Shown: piece by piece, positions 26,490-35,158 of the stretch
How the letters are laid out: the number at the start of each line of letters is the position of its first letter
How positions within the stretch are numbered: position 1 is the stretch's first letter
DNA from: a virus
Virus record (IMG/VR): IMGVR_UViG_3300009431_000004
Strand: one strand, 5' to 3'
Length of the DNA stretch: 64,000 bases
Notes under the pieces: generated by a model
Told to the model about the DNA's origin: nothing
The model's database searches: none
Seen by the model: the letters and a program-made list of their open reading frames with translations, nothing else
Translations under genes and position numbers: made by a program

Positions 26490-29400
26490 CGCCTTTCCTC
26501 GCAATCCCGGCAAGGTTCATGGGGAGAACTACCCCTTCCAAGAGCTGGACCACTCCGTCAGGCAGGTCCGACGGGGACATCCCCCTGATACGAAAAGACC
26601 CGCGACTCGTTGAGGCCCCCGGTTCTGGGAAGGGGTGCTTCCAGATATTGGTGGGGTGCTGAAGACACACTGTCTCTACCCCGACCGTATCGCCCATATC
26701 GTGACAGGAGACTCCCTTCTGTTTCATCCGCTTGGCGAGCAGGTCTTCCTTGCCCTTGGAAACACCGGGCCAACCCCCAACGGTTTTGAACACTTCGGCG
26801 GTCATGGCCGTGGTGGTCCCGACGAGGTGAGCCGGTCCGGTCCACCACGCCGTTTTCTGGCTCTCTCGGTCGTGGAACCACACACAGGAGCAGCTTACCC
26901 AATGTTGGCCTCCTCGGCAGGCGGCAACCGTCGCCTCCAATCGACGAGGACTCTGGATGTCGTCATCATCGGCGGCAAGGTACAATTCCGCGTCGGTCTG
27001 GGCCGCGCAGGCATTGAGCTTGGCTCCGGGGTAGGGTGCCATCACGTCCACGTACCGCGCTCCCATGGAGAGGGCGATTGCCTTGCCGGGGTCTTTCGGA
27101 TTTCCCCCGACCAGAATTTCACAGGCCCACCCGTCCGGGACTCGTTGTGCTTTCAGGGAGGCAAGCACGAGCCGCAGAAGTTCAGGGCGGTTGGTGGTGG
27201 GTACCAAGAAAGCAGCTTTCTTCACCGGCCCCGTCTGGGCGCGATGGATGACCCACGGGAGACTCTCCTTCACAGTTTGGGTCTGAATGTCAGCAGTGTT
27301 CTTTACAGAGGCCACCTTCCTCTTTGAGTGGGCATAGATGGAGTCGCCCATGTTGTACCCTTGAAGGTCTGAGAGCCACCCGGCCTTGTGCGGAATACAA
27401 ACGAACGGCACTTTCTGGTGCTGGCCCAGAAGGGCAAGCCAGATGTCGGCCATGTTGGGATGCTTGAAGTCGTCTCTGGACACCTTGATGGTGCTGGTGT
27501 GGTAACAGCAGGAGTTTGTGGCAATGCACTGGACCGGGATTGGGTGCGCCACCTCAGACTTGAAGTGGTTGACCACCCGGTTGTTGTAGTAGGAGGTGAA
27601 CGGCTCCGTGAGAACGACCCCGTGACAGCCCACGACGGCCTTGCGCTGGTACTGGTCTACCCACCTGATGAGAGTAGCAACCAAATCCGGGGGGTAGGCT
27701 ACGTCGTCGTCGAGGACGATGTGGTAGCCTTCGATGTCGTCGGCCCAATAGAACTTGCCTGCATCCCCTTGGTCCCCGAAGGGGCATGTCTCGCTCATCT
27801 CCACCACGATACTCGGGTGGTTGAGGAAGTCCGGCTTCCCTCCGTAATTGTTGAGATAGACGTTCAGCCGGTCTACCTGCGGGAGCAGGCGTCGGACAAC
27901 CTCTTGAAGTTGGTTGACCCGACCCGGTATGGATGCGAGTGAGGCAATGATAGGGTCCTCCTCTTTTATCGTAGTTTTGGGGTTCTCCGTGCCGTCCACA
28001 AAGGAGATGGCAGATAGTGGATTGGCCGCCCGTGTCAAGGGATTCATGATGGAGGAGCGGTGGACGTGGGCCACGTAAGACTGCCGGGATTGGTATAAGT
28101 TGAAACCCTTGTCGTTGAGGCCACGGCTCACCTGTCGTCCGAAGCCCGAACCGTGAGTCGGGTTGAAGAACCACGAAGACGGTGGCCTCGGGATGTGCCC
28201 GTGGGGCATTGCGAAGCGGATGTTGGGGCCGAACATGAAGGCGTTGCCGTCTACCCATTGAGTCCGGTCAACCCGCCCAGCGGGGGTTGCCTTCACCCCT
28301 GTCCATGGGGCGACACCTGTGGCACCTCGGCTGTCGTCCTTCAGAAGGAACAGGGTGGCTTTCTTGGGGTCGTCGATGTCGTCCCAGAGCGTTGTGGTGC
28401 GCCCGAAGAACTCCGAGCAGAGCCGGATGTCGTCTTGGATGAAGTAATAGTAGTCGGCAGCGGCGCGAAGGGCATCGTTGAAGACACGGGACATCAGTTT
28501 GATGTAGCCGTGCTTTCCGTGCCTGTGCTTCATGTTGATGAACTGCCAACCGTTGTCCCTGATGAACGTCTTGGCCAGCGTGTAATCGGCGGCGCTCGCA
28601 TCATCGTAGACGATGACACGGACCTCGAACTCCCCGAGGGATTGCTTGATGTCTTGGAGGAGCAGCATCACATCTTCCGGGCGTTCGCAGGTCGTGATGG
28701 CGACGTAAATTCGTGGCTTGGCCGAGAGGAGCCGGGTCGTGTGCAGGATACCGGCCTGCTTTGCGGTCCCCATGCCCTTGATGCGGAACTTCCCCTTCGA
28801 GGACTGGCCGCCCAGCTCGATGATGGGCCGCTTCCAGATATTCGAGCTGTGCTGAAGGCAGATGATACGGCCTATCTTGTCGGTGAGGTCCATGTAGGTT
28901 ACGCCGGGGAGTTGCTCGATGCGCCGGGCGAGGGGGCTGTCCTTGCCGGACTTGCGTTCTGGCCACCCCCCTGTCTGGCGCAGGATGCTGGCCTTGAAGG
29001 AGAGGCTCGTGCCGACCAGCCCCAGTGAAGATTTGCCGGACCACTCCATCGCCCGGTCCTTCTCCGGGTCGTAAAAGATGATGGTCCCGACCCCGGACCA
29101 TCCGGCACCTCGGTCGTAGGCTTCGATGGCGGCCTTCAGGCGGTCCGGGGGTTGCAGGTCATCGTCGTCGGCAAGCAGGAGCAGGTCGGCGTCTGTTTCG
29201 TTGAGGGAGGTGTTGAGCTTCGTCGTGACCGTCTCTCCCTTGGCCACGACGTACCGGGTGCGGGGGAAGCGAACAGCCATGGACCGGCCTTCGTCGCCCT
29301 CCGTCCCGATGACCAGAATCTCGTAGTCCCAACCTTCGGGGACAAATTGGACGCTTAATGCCCTCAGACACGCCTTGAGAAGCTCCGGGCGGTGGTTGGT

Positions 29401-30159
29401 GGCCACGAGGAAGGCCGCCTTCCCGGAGGACTTCTGGGGCTGTTCTGGGGCCTTCAGGGGCCAACTTCGAGCCGCAGAGGGGTGGTCGGGAGCCACACGC
29501 TTCCCCGTCCGGGAAGGCGGGAGCATCGGGGGCTGCGCGTCGGAAGCAGGCAGTGTGTCACGGACCACCGTGTTCACGAGGCTCCGCTGCACCCGGTAGA
29601 CATTCAGCCCTCGTGCGTTGAAGTCCTTGCAGGGCAGCCCCCGCTCGGGGGACCACCCTCTGAGTATTTCCACTCCGGCAGCATCGGTCAGGAAGAAGGC
29701 ACCGAGGGTTTCGGTGCGCTGAGACAACTCTGCTCCGGTCTGCACGGGGGCAGAGGCCGGACGGCTCCTCACACCCACGACGGAGAGCGCCCCCTTCTTC
29801 GGGTCCGGGATTTCTTCCCATGACGCCAAGGCACAGGGGAAGAAATGCTCGTGAATCTGGGCCGTTTCGGGCAGGAAGATGTAGTGCAGGGCGCGGTGGG
29901 CGTGCAGGTGGGAGTAGACCCACTTGCTGAACGCATCCTCCGAGAGCTGCTGTGGCGACCGATAATGGGTCCAGCCCTTCTTGCGGATGAGCTTGAGACT
30001 CTCGGAGTAATCCACCGTGTTGGCGTTGTCGAACACCAACACGGTGAGTTTGTGGCCCCGTGAATCAGCGATGGACCGGAGGAGCGGGGCCAGACGACCC
30101 GGTTTCCCCTTGGCCATGACACAGACACAAATGGAAGATTGCAGGCGCGAGCCTTTCAT
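26482..30159 (-). CDS. 1225-aa multidomain glycosyltransferase (about 5 GT-A domains)
   Basis: Several DxD/DDD motifs (ADDDD twice, IQDD, LDDD) and internal domain duplications. Confidence 0.85.
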   Translation of the reverse strand: MKGSRLQSSICVCVMAKGKPGRLAPLLRSIADSRGHKLTVLVFDNANTVDYSESLKLIRKKGWTHYRSPQQLSEDAFSKWVYSHLHAHRALHYIFLPETAQIHEHFFPCALASWEEIPDPKKGALSVVGVRSRPASAPVQTGAELSQRTETLGAFFLTDAAGVEILRGWSPERGLPCKDFNARGLNVYRVQRSLVNTVVRDTLPASDAQPPMLPPSRTGKRVAPDHPSAARSWPLKAPEQPQKSSGKAAFLVATNHRPELLKACLRALSVQFVPEGWDYEILVIGTEGDEGRSMAVRFPRTRYVVAKGETVTTKLNTSLNETDADLLLLADDDDLQPPDRLKAAIEAYDRGAGWSGVGTIIFYDPEKDRAMEWSGKSSLGLVGTSLSFKASILRQTGGWPERKSGKDSPLARRIEQLPGVTYMDLTDKIGRIICLQHSSNIWKRPIIELGGQSSKGKFRIKGMGTAKQAGILHTTRLLSAKPRIYVAITTCERPEDVMLLLQDIKQSLGEFEVRVIVYDDASAADYTLAKTFIRDNGWQFINMKHRHGKHGYIKLMSRVFNDALRAAADYYYFIQDDIRLCSEFFGRTTTLWDDIDDPKKATLFLLKDDSRGATGVAPWTGVKATPAGRVDRTQWVDGNAFMFGPNIRFAMPHGHIPRPPSSWFFNPTHGSGFGRQVSRGLNDKGFNLYQSRQSYVAHVHRSSIMNPLTRAANPLSAISFVDGTENPKTTIKEEDPIIASLASIPGRVNQLQEVVRRLLPQVDRLNVYLNNYGGKPDFLNHPSIVVEMSETCPFGDQGDAGKFYWADDIEGYHIVLDDDVAYPPDLVATLIRWVDQYQRKAVVGCHGVVLTEPFTSYYNNRVVNHFKSEVAHPIPVQCIATNSCCYHTSTIKVSRDDFKHPNMADIWLALLGQHQKVPFVCIPHKAGWLSDLQGYNMGDSIYAHSKRKVASVKNTADIQTQTVKESLPWVIHRAQTGPVKKAAFLVPTTNRPELLRLVLASLKAQRVPDGWACEILVGGNPKDPGKAIALSMGARYVDVMAPYPGAKLNACAAQTDAELYLAADDDDIQSPRRLEATVAACRGGQHWVSCSCVWFHDRESQKTAWWTGPAHLVGTTTAMTAEVFKTVGGWPGVSKGKEDLLAKRMKQKGVSCHDMGDTVGVETVCLQHPTNIWKHPFPEPGASTSRGSFRIRGMSPSDLPDGVVQLLEGVVLPMNLAGIARKGDG

Positions 30160-30162
30160 TCA

Positions 30163-30288
30163 TCAGCCCCAGTCCACGCCCCAACGGCAGTTTGCGTCGT
30201 CCCAATAGACGAACTTCTTGGCTTGCGCCAGAGTGTAGACCTTGAGCAGCTCCTCCCCGAAGGTGGACCCGCCATCGACGAGGCCCTT
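30163..30288 (-). pseudogene. Orphaned original 3' end of the endolysin gene
   Basis: Translates as KGLVDGGSTFGEELLKVYTLAQAKKFVYWDDANCRWGVDWG*, homologous to the current endolysin C-terminus; its stop abuts the GT start. Confidence 0.88.
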
Positions 30289-30292
30289 TGAC

Positions 30293-30321
30293 TTGGCATC
30301 AGTGCATCCATCGGATATACT
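30293..30321 (+). promoter_or_regulatory. sigma70-type promoter TTGGCA-N17-TATACT, probably leaderless
   Basis: ATG of the RHH gene is 6 nt after the -10 box; CATC repeats and an ATCC-N3-GGAT palindrome in the spacer. Confidence 0.6.
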
Positions 30322-30327
30322 TCCTAC

Positions 30328-30531
30328 ATGAAGAAACGCCTCATCTCGTTTTCTGGCCCACAGTTCGATTGGCTCTCTGCTGAAGCCCTACGTCTCGGTG
30401 TACCCGTGTCCGAACTGGTGAGGCGTGCTGTAGACGCCTATCGAGGAGTAACCGATGACAACCAAGATATGTCACAAATGCAACCGCACCCTTCCGACCA
30501 CGGAATTTTGGAAAGACCGGGCAAGTCGTGA
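30328..30531 (+). CDS. Ribbon-helix-helix (CopG-like) regulator
   Basis: MKKRLISFS...WLSAEALRLGVPVSELVRRAVDAY. Confidence 0.7.
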   Translation: MKKRLISFSGPQFDWLSAEALRLGVPVSELVRRAVDAYRGVTDDNQDMSQMQPHPSDHGILERPGKS

Positions 30532-30976
30532 CGGGTTTTTTAATGTCTGTAGAACGTGTGGGAAAGAGGTAAATCGGCGGGCGTTTCACGGCAACCGGGA
30601 CAAGGAACTTGCCCGGAATCAAAAATGGCGAGACAGTAACAAGCCCCGCATTCGTGACCGAAAATCGAAAACACGGGCTGCCCGGATTCAATGGCTTGTT
30701 TATCGGCTGGACTTTGATGATGGTTGCTTTTATATTGGTTCGACCAACGACCTCTATAACCGGCTCTCGTTGCATCGGTGGGAGATGCGACAGGGTATTC
30801 ATCGTAACAGTCGTATCCGCCGTCATGGATACAGGCCCGAGAGCTTCACGGCGAAAGTCTTGGCAAGAGTAACCACTAAAGATGAGGCTCGGCGTGTCGA
30901 GGGTCAGACTATTGATATTCATTTCTCCGAGCCTGCGTGTCTGAATCTGCAACGTGTCTCCTACATTATTCCTTAG
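30455..30976 (+). CDS. GIY-YIG homing endonuclease with N-terminal Zn finger
   Basis: KICHKC...CRTC; LVYRL...FYIGST..L.NR...H; conserved Glu and Asn. Confidence 0.82.
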   Translation: MTTKICHKCNRTLPTTEFWKDRASRDGFFNVCRTCGKEVNRRAFHGNRDKELARNQKWRDSNKPRIRDRKSKTRAARIQWLVYRLDFDDGCFYIGSTNDLYNRLSLHRWEMRQGIHRNSRIRRHGYRPESFTAKVLARVTTKDEARRVEGQTIDIHFSEPACLNLQRVSYIIP

Positions 30977-31971
30977 CCAAAGAAATCTTCCCCGTAGACT
31001 GCATTCTTGACATCATCCCAGTAAACAAATTTTTTGCACTGGGTAAGAGAGTAGACCTTCAAAAGTTCTTCACCGAATGTGGTCTGCCCTTTAATCAATT
31101 CATCCCGCCAACTAAAGTGCCACCATTCGGCGGCCCCGTAAGTCCCCTTGGAGAAGAAGCTGGAACGTGCCGGGATGCGGTCGAAGCCGTTGAGCTTTGC
31201 GAGCTGGGTGAAGTTGAAGGCAACGACCTCTACCGTCTTGGTCTTGATTTTCTTGCCGGACAGGTAGGTGCCTGTCAGCGTGACGAGGCCGCCCTCGATG
31301 CCGAGAGCTTGGCACTTGGCGGACAGGGACTCCTCACTGAGGGCGGAGACACACCAGACATTCCAGTAGCGGGAATCGCCGTCCCGGACGATGATATAGG
31401 GGTCTTTGTCCGGGTCGCGCATCGCGGTGGGAAGCGCCATGTCGAACGCCCGGCCCACGTAGTGCAAGGACTTCTTCGAGCGGTTCTTGCCCGCCGACGA
31501 GGCCAACGGACGCTTGCCCCCGGCGCTCGTGATGATGCCCCCGAGGCTGTGGCACACATGGTACATGGCCGTGTAGACGACGGCGGTATCTCCTCGCAGG
31601 GTGGTCCTTTCGTAGCCTCCCCGACCCTCGAACTTGTCGGCAGGACACTTCTTCCACGGGAGCTTGTCCTCCGGCTCGCCCATCGGCTCCGAGGTGTCCA
31701 CCTCCATGGGGATGTGGAACGCCTCGAACTCCGGGAGCTGCTCGTAGTAACCCCCGGCGTTGGTGAGGGCGGCATTGATGGCCATGCAAGTGTCACGGCC
31801 TGCCTTCCCGTCGGTGTAGAGCTTGGCCCCGTCCTGAAATGCCTCGACGGCATCCTCGGTGTTCTGGCCGTAAACACCGTCCGGTGTCCCCGGCTTGTAG
31901 CCGAGCTTGACGAGGGCTTCTTGGAGTTTCTTGACCAGCCCGCCCCGGTCGCCCTGTCGCATGGTCTTCAT
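30973..31971 (-). CDS. Endolysin: peptidoglycan-binding domain + M15-type Zn peptidase
   Basis: PGBD (LQEAL..LGY..DGVYG..T..AV.AFQ); SLHYVGRAFD and EWWH motifs. Confidence 0.88.
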   Translation of the reverse strand: MKTMRQGDRGGLVKKLQEALVKLGYKPGTPDGVYGQNTEDAVEAFQDGAKLYTDGKAGRDTCMAINAALTNAGGYYEQLPEFEAFHIPMEVDTSEPMGEPEDKLPWKKCPADKFEGRGGYERTTLRGDTAVVYTAMYHVCHSLGGIITSAGGKRPLASSAGKNRSKKSLHYVGRAFDMALPTAMRDPDKDPYIIVRDGDSRYWNVWCVSALSEESLSAKCQALGIEGGLVTLTGTYLSGKKIKTKTVEVVAFNFTQLAKLNGFDRIPARSSFFSKGTYGAAEWWHFSWRDELIKGQTTFGEELLKVYSLTQCKKFVYWDDVKNAVYGEDFFG

Positions 31972-32026
31972 GGCTCCCCTCCTGCGTTCCTAATATAGTA
32001 CCCGCATAGGAGGGCAACTGAGGCTA

Positions 32027-32290
32027 CTAGAAATTGACTATCACGTTGACCTGCACATCACTGGGCTGGGTGGCCTTGTCGAGCCAGTTTTCGAGTGTCC
32101 CTTTGTAGACCGACATCATCTCGGCAGCGTCTTCGAGAGTCCCGCCTGCGGCCCACACATCCGACAGAAACTCGACGGCCTCCAATCGGAGTGACTCGGC
32201 GGGGTAGTGGCAGCGCCGACGACGGCTGCGACTCTCTCGGGCGACCTTCCGCATCCGCAGGAGAAATCCAAGGTACTTGCTTTCGTTCAT
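32027..32290 (-). CDS. small helix-turn-helix protein
   Basis: YPAESLRLEAV...TLEDAAEMMSVYKGTLENW; GGAGG RBS. Confidence 0.65.
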   Translation of the reverse strand: MNESKYLGFLLRMRKVARESRSRRRRCHYPAESLRLEAVEFLSDVWAAGGTLEDAAEMMSVYKGTLENWLDKATQPSDVQVNVIVNF

Positions 32291-32322
32291 GTGTCCTCCT
32301 CTCGTCTCGACCTATATGGGAC

Positions 32323-32339
32323 AGCAAGCTCCGTGCCAA
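32323..32339 (-). promoter_or_regulatory. sigma54 promoter (-24/-12) TTGGCACGGAGCTTGCT
   Basis: Perfect TGGCACG-N4-TTGCW consensus, 33 bp upstream of the HTH gene, in a 200-bp intergenic region. Confidence 0.75.
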
Positions 32340-32490
32340 GCTCACCCCCTTCTATAAGTAGTCGGAATCAGTGACATCCGATAAGTAGACGCGGGCCGTT
32401 GCAATCGTTTTCGTACACACCTATTATTCCTTCCGTCACACGAAAGTACACAGGGGTCTGGCCGGTTTTCAGGACGGCGAATGCCGTTTT

Positions 32491-33066
32491 TCAGGCGGCA
32501 AGTGCCGCCGCCCGCCGAAGGCGCTCGACGGAATCCTTGGCGATTTCCTTGCCGTGGGAGGACCTGCCCTGTCGTTGCAGGTACGAGGGGTGGTAGAGGG
32601 GGATGACCGGGATGTCGAGGTCGCCGTGCTGGTAGCGTGGGTCTTCGAGCTTCACCAGCTCGCCCATGGTCGTGAAGACCAAGGACATTCGACAGCCTGC
32701 GAACTTGCCGAGGGTCACGATGACCTTCGGGGCGAGGGCTGCCACCTGCTTGTGGAGGAACGGGACGCAGGCCGTCATCTGGATGGGTTCGGGGTCCGCG
32801 TTACCCGGTGGCCTGCACTTGAGGATGTTCGTGATGTAGAGGTCCTCTCTGGACAGCCCGGCATGGTGCAGTAAGCGGTTGAAAATCTTGCCCGCCTGAC
32901 CGACGAAAGGCTCACCTGCTGCGTCCTCATCCGCTCCGGGCGCTTCGCCCACGACCATGATGCGGGCGTCGTGGGGGCCGACCCCGAACACGAGATTCTG
33001 TCGGGTCTGGTGGAGGGGACACCGGGCGCAGTCCCCCAGCTCCGCCCTGACTTCGGCCAGCGTCAC
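32491..33066 (-). CDS. udg: Uracil-DNA glycosylase family 4
   Basis: CARCPL, GEAPG, GEPFVG, TNILKCRPP.N, YHPS. Confidence 0.93.
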   Translation of the reverse strand: MTLAEVRAELGDCARCPLHQTRQNLVFGVGPHDARIMVVGEAPGADEDAAGEPFVGQAGKIFNRLLHHAGLSREDLYITNILKCRPPGNADPEPIQMTACVPFLHKQVAALAPKVIVTLGKFAGCRMSLVFTTMGELVKLEDPRYQHGDLDIPVIPLYHPSYLQRQGRSSHGKEIAKDSVERLRRAAALAA

Positions 33067-33728
33067 TCGTACACCTTCTGCCTGATATTCCCGTCGAGGC
33101 CAATGAGCGAGGGGCCGACACGAGCCGTCTCAGGCTTCCGTGGCGAGACGGTCCCATCGACACCCACGAGCTGCACCTCGGAATTCTCGTTGAGCATGTC
33201 CCGCGCTCCTTCTTCGGACAGCTCCATGATGAACTCGTCCTCCTCGGCGTACCCGAGAAAGTGGTTGTCGTGGGTGCGCCGGATGGTACGTATCATGGCG
33301 AAGGGGCCTTTGGCGCGTCGAACAGTCCGTCCCTTCCACTCGTCGTCCCGATAGCACACACCCCTGAAACCCACCCGGCCTACGACCCCGGTGCCGTGAG
33401 CCAGATACATCTTCGCCCGGTCGAATTGCACGAACTCCCCGTTCTGCTCAGTCCAAGGGATTTGGAAAAGGTCGGCGGTGTATTTCATGATGAGTCTGGC
33501 CAGCCGTTCCGTCTCGTTACGGACGGAAGCCGACAGTAAAACTTCCGTGCCGGTAGCGAGAGTCATGGCCGCCCGGACGCACATCCACGTCGAGGCCCCG
33601 ATTTGACGGATGGAAGAAGCAAGCAGGTCGGGGCCAGCGTGCGCCATCAGGTTTTCTTTCACCCGCTGCGCGATGTACTCGTCGAGCGGGGTCAGACCGA
33701 GGTTCTGATAGGCTTCGTCCAGCGTCAT
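33063..33728 (-). CDS. hypothetical protein
   Basis: Coupled to udg. Confidence 0.6.
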   Translation of the reverse strand: MTLDEAYQNLGLTPLDEYIAQRVKENLMAHAGPDLLASSIRQIGASTWMCVRAAMTLATGTEVLLSASVRNETERLARLIMKYTADLFQIPWTEQNGEFVQFDRAKMYLAHGTGVVGRVGFRGVCYRDDEWKGRTVRRAKGPFAMIRTIRRTHDNHFLGYAEEDEFIMELSEEGARDMLNENSEVQLVGVDGTVSPRKPETARVGPSLIGLDGNIRQKVYE

Positions 33729-33760
33729 GCCTTGTCTACCCCAATGAGGGGCTGACGAGG

Positions 33761-33979
33761 CTACTCGGGAACCTCGTCGAACTCGCTGTACCAGTAGGGG
33801 GCCAAGGTGTCGTCGTCGTGACGAATCCACCACTGCCCCCGCATCTGCATCTCCTTCTCGACCGTACCGAGAGCCTCCCGGCGGTTGTGCAACAGGTCGG
33901 GCCGGGCGAGAATTCTGTGCCTCTGCCGCAGGTCACGGGTCTGCACCCGCAGCCCCGGCATAATCTCGGTGATGTTCAA
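33761..33979 (-). CDS. small hypothetical protein
   Basis: Packed in the operon; start approximate. Confidence 0.45.
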   Translation of the reverse strand: MNITEIMPGLRVQTRDLRQRHRILARPDLLHNRREALGTVEKEMQMRGQWWIRHDDDTLAPYWYSEFDEVPE

Positions 33980-34209
33980 AGCAGCCCCTTTCTCCATGCC
34001 GACCGGCTGGCGTAGACGCCTGTGGGAGCAGCAATCAGGCCACCGACGACGAGAACGAAAGGCGGTCCCCATCCGTCTCGTCCGAGCCAGTAGCTCCCGA
34101 GGGTGAGCCAAAGCAGCCCGCCAATCAGGAGCGCCCAACGCCCGAGGGTGCAATCGAACTCGTCAGGGGTCAGGCTCAGGTAGAGCCGCAGTTTGAGGTT
34201 GGTCAGCAT
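33976..34209 (-). CDS. small 2-TM membrane protein
   Basis: MLTNLK start; two hydrophobic segments. Confidence 0.5.
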   Translation of the reverse strand: MLTNLKLRLYLSLTPDEFDCTLGRWALLIGGLLWLTLGSYWLGRDGWGPPFVLVVGGLIAAPTGVYASRSAWRKGLL

Positions 34210-34217
34210 GTCGCTCC

Positions 34218-34622
34218 CTAGCGGAAGTGGTAGCCCCTTGCGGTCTTCGAGTCGAGCCACGGAGCCAGCGCCGGGTTGTCCTCCGGGTACGCATTGGAGA
34301 GGGTGGGGTGCCAGTCGGGGTTGTCCCGAATGTAGGCAGGGGCCACCCACACGGCGTTGTGATTCCCGGCGATGGCCTCCTCGCAGCGGGGGTCCAAGGC
34401 AGGGACTTCAATCCAGCTCGTCTCGGCGGTCGAGCAGCCGACCACTTCCTCGGTGCCGGAGTCGTACATGACGTTGGGCATGTCCGCGTGCAAGGTCATC
34501 AGCCCCGCAATCACAAAGACGGCCAGAGCCACCCCGAAGATGCCGACCACCCAACGGGTCACGGTCCGCATCCGGGTATGGAGTCGCTTGCCGGGTCCGG
34601 GAAGTGTGTCTTTCAGACTCAT
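34218..34622 (-). CDS. membrane-anchored hypothetical protein
   Basis: Single TM; RBS; promoter motif at 34650-34679. Confidence 0.6.
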   Translation of the reverse strand: MSLKDTLPGPGKRLHTRMRTVTRWVVGIFGVALAVFVIAGLMTLHADMPNVMYDSGTEEVVGCSTAETSWIEVPALDPRCEEAIAGNHNAVWVAPAYIRDNPDWHPTLSNAYPEDNPALAPWLDSKTARGYHFR

Positions 34623-34649
34623 CGCGTTTCCTCCGTCTTCCAGTTTACC

Positions 34650-34679
34650 CTACTCGTCAGGCGGCCTCCCTAAGCCCCC
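34650..34679 (-). promoter_or_regulatory. Recurrent phage promoter (14-bp spacer)
   Basis: GGGGGCTTAG-N14-GAGTAG. Confidence 0.65.
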
Positions 34680-34852
34680 CTCGGAGCGAGGAATGCGCGG
34701 AGGGCGGCGCGACGAGTCTCCTCGCGGAGACGAGCGCGGGCGCGGCGGCGGAGAGCCTTGCGGTCCTTGCCGGGAGCCGGTCCGCAGCAGTGACAGCTCA
34801 TGCCACCGTGGCCGACATCCTTGCGGGTCTTGGTCTTGAAAGCGTCGCGCAT
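34670..34852 (-). CDS. small Arg-rich protein with CHCC motif
   Basis: RBS and promoter present; paralog of 34976-35158. Confidence 0.65.
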   Translation of the reverse strand: MRDAFKTKTRKDVGHGGMSCHCCGPAPGKDRKALRRRARARLREETRRAALRAFLAPRGA

Positions 34853-34880
34853 CTTCTTCTCCTCATGCCTCCTGAAGTCT

Positions 34881-34957
34881 CAACTCGTGGGAGTCGCTTC
34901 TAAGCCCCTCTATAGAAATAAAAAGAAAGGGGGCTTAGAGTCACGCCCCCGGAGTAG
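34881..34957. promoter_or_regulatory. Back-to-back recurrent promoters (34881-34909 minus; 34929-34957 plus)
   Basis: Both have N13 spacing; A-rich segment between them. Confidence 0.7.
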
Positions 34958-34975
34958 AGGTGGTGGAGGTGACAG

Positions 34976-35158
34976 ATGCGGGACGAATTCAAAAGCAGGA
35001 CTCGCCGGGACATTGGCCACTTCGGCCAACGGTGGCTGGGCGGACCGGCTCTACGGAGCCGCAAAAACAGCGACCGCATCCGTCGCCGCGCCCGGAACAG
35101 ACTCCGGGCCGCCACCCGTCGGGAATTCCGGGCCGTGGGGGAACGATGCCAAAACTGA
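34976..35158 (+). CDS. small Arg-rich protein
   Basis: GGAGG RBS; paralog of 34670-34852. Confidence 0.65.
   Translation: MRDEFKSRTRRDIGHFGQRWLGGPALRSRKNSDRIRRRARNRLRAATRREFRAVGERCQN

Larger units (their letters stand above)
30289..31116. mobile_element. Homing-endonuclease cassette (promoter + RHH + GIY-YIG + replacement endolysin 3' end)
   Basis: AT-rich segment lying between the displaced endolysin tail and the EWWH codons; boundaries approximate. Confidence 0.7.

Noticed and set aside
30289-31116. Group I intron in the endolysin
   Set aside because: The nuclease is antisense with its own promoter, the gene is complete without splicing, and no intron core elements were recognised.
32027-32290. 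IS element suggested by the transposase-like HTH
   Set aside because: No catalytic transposase ORF or terminal inverted repeats nearby.
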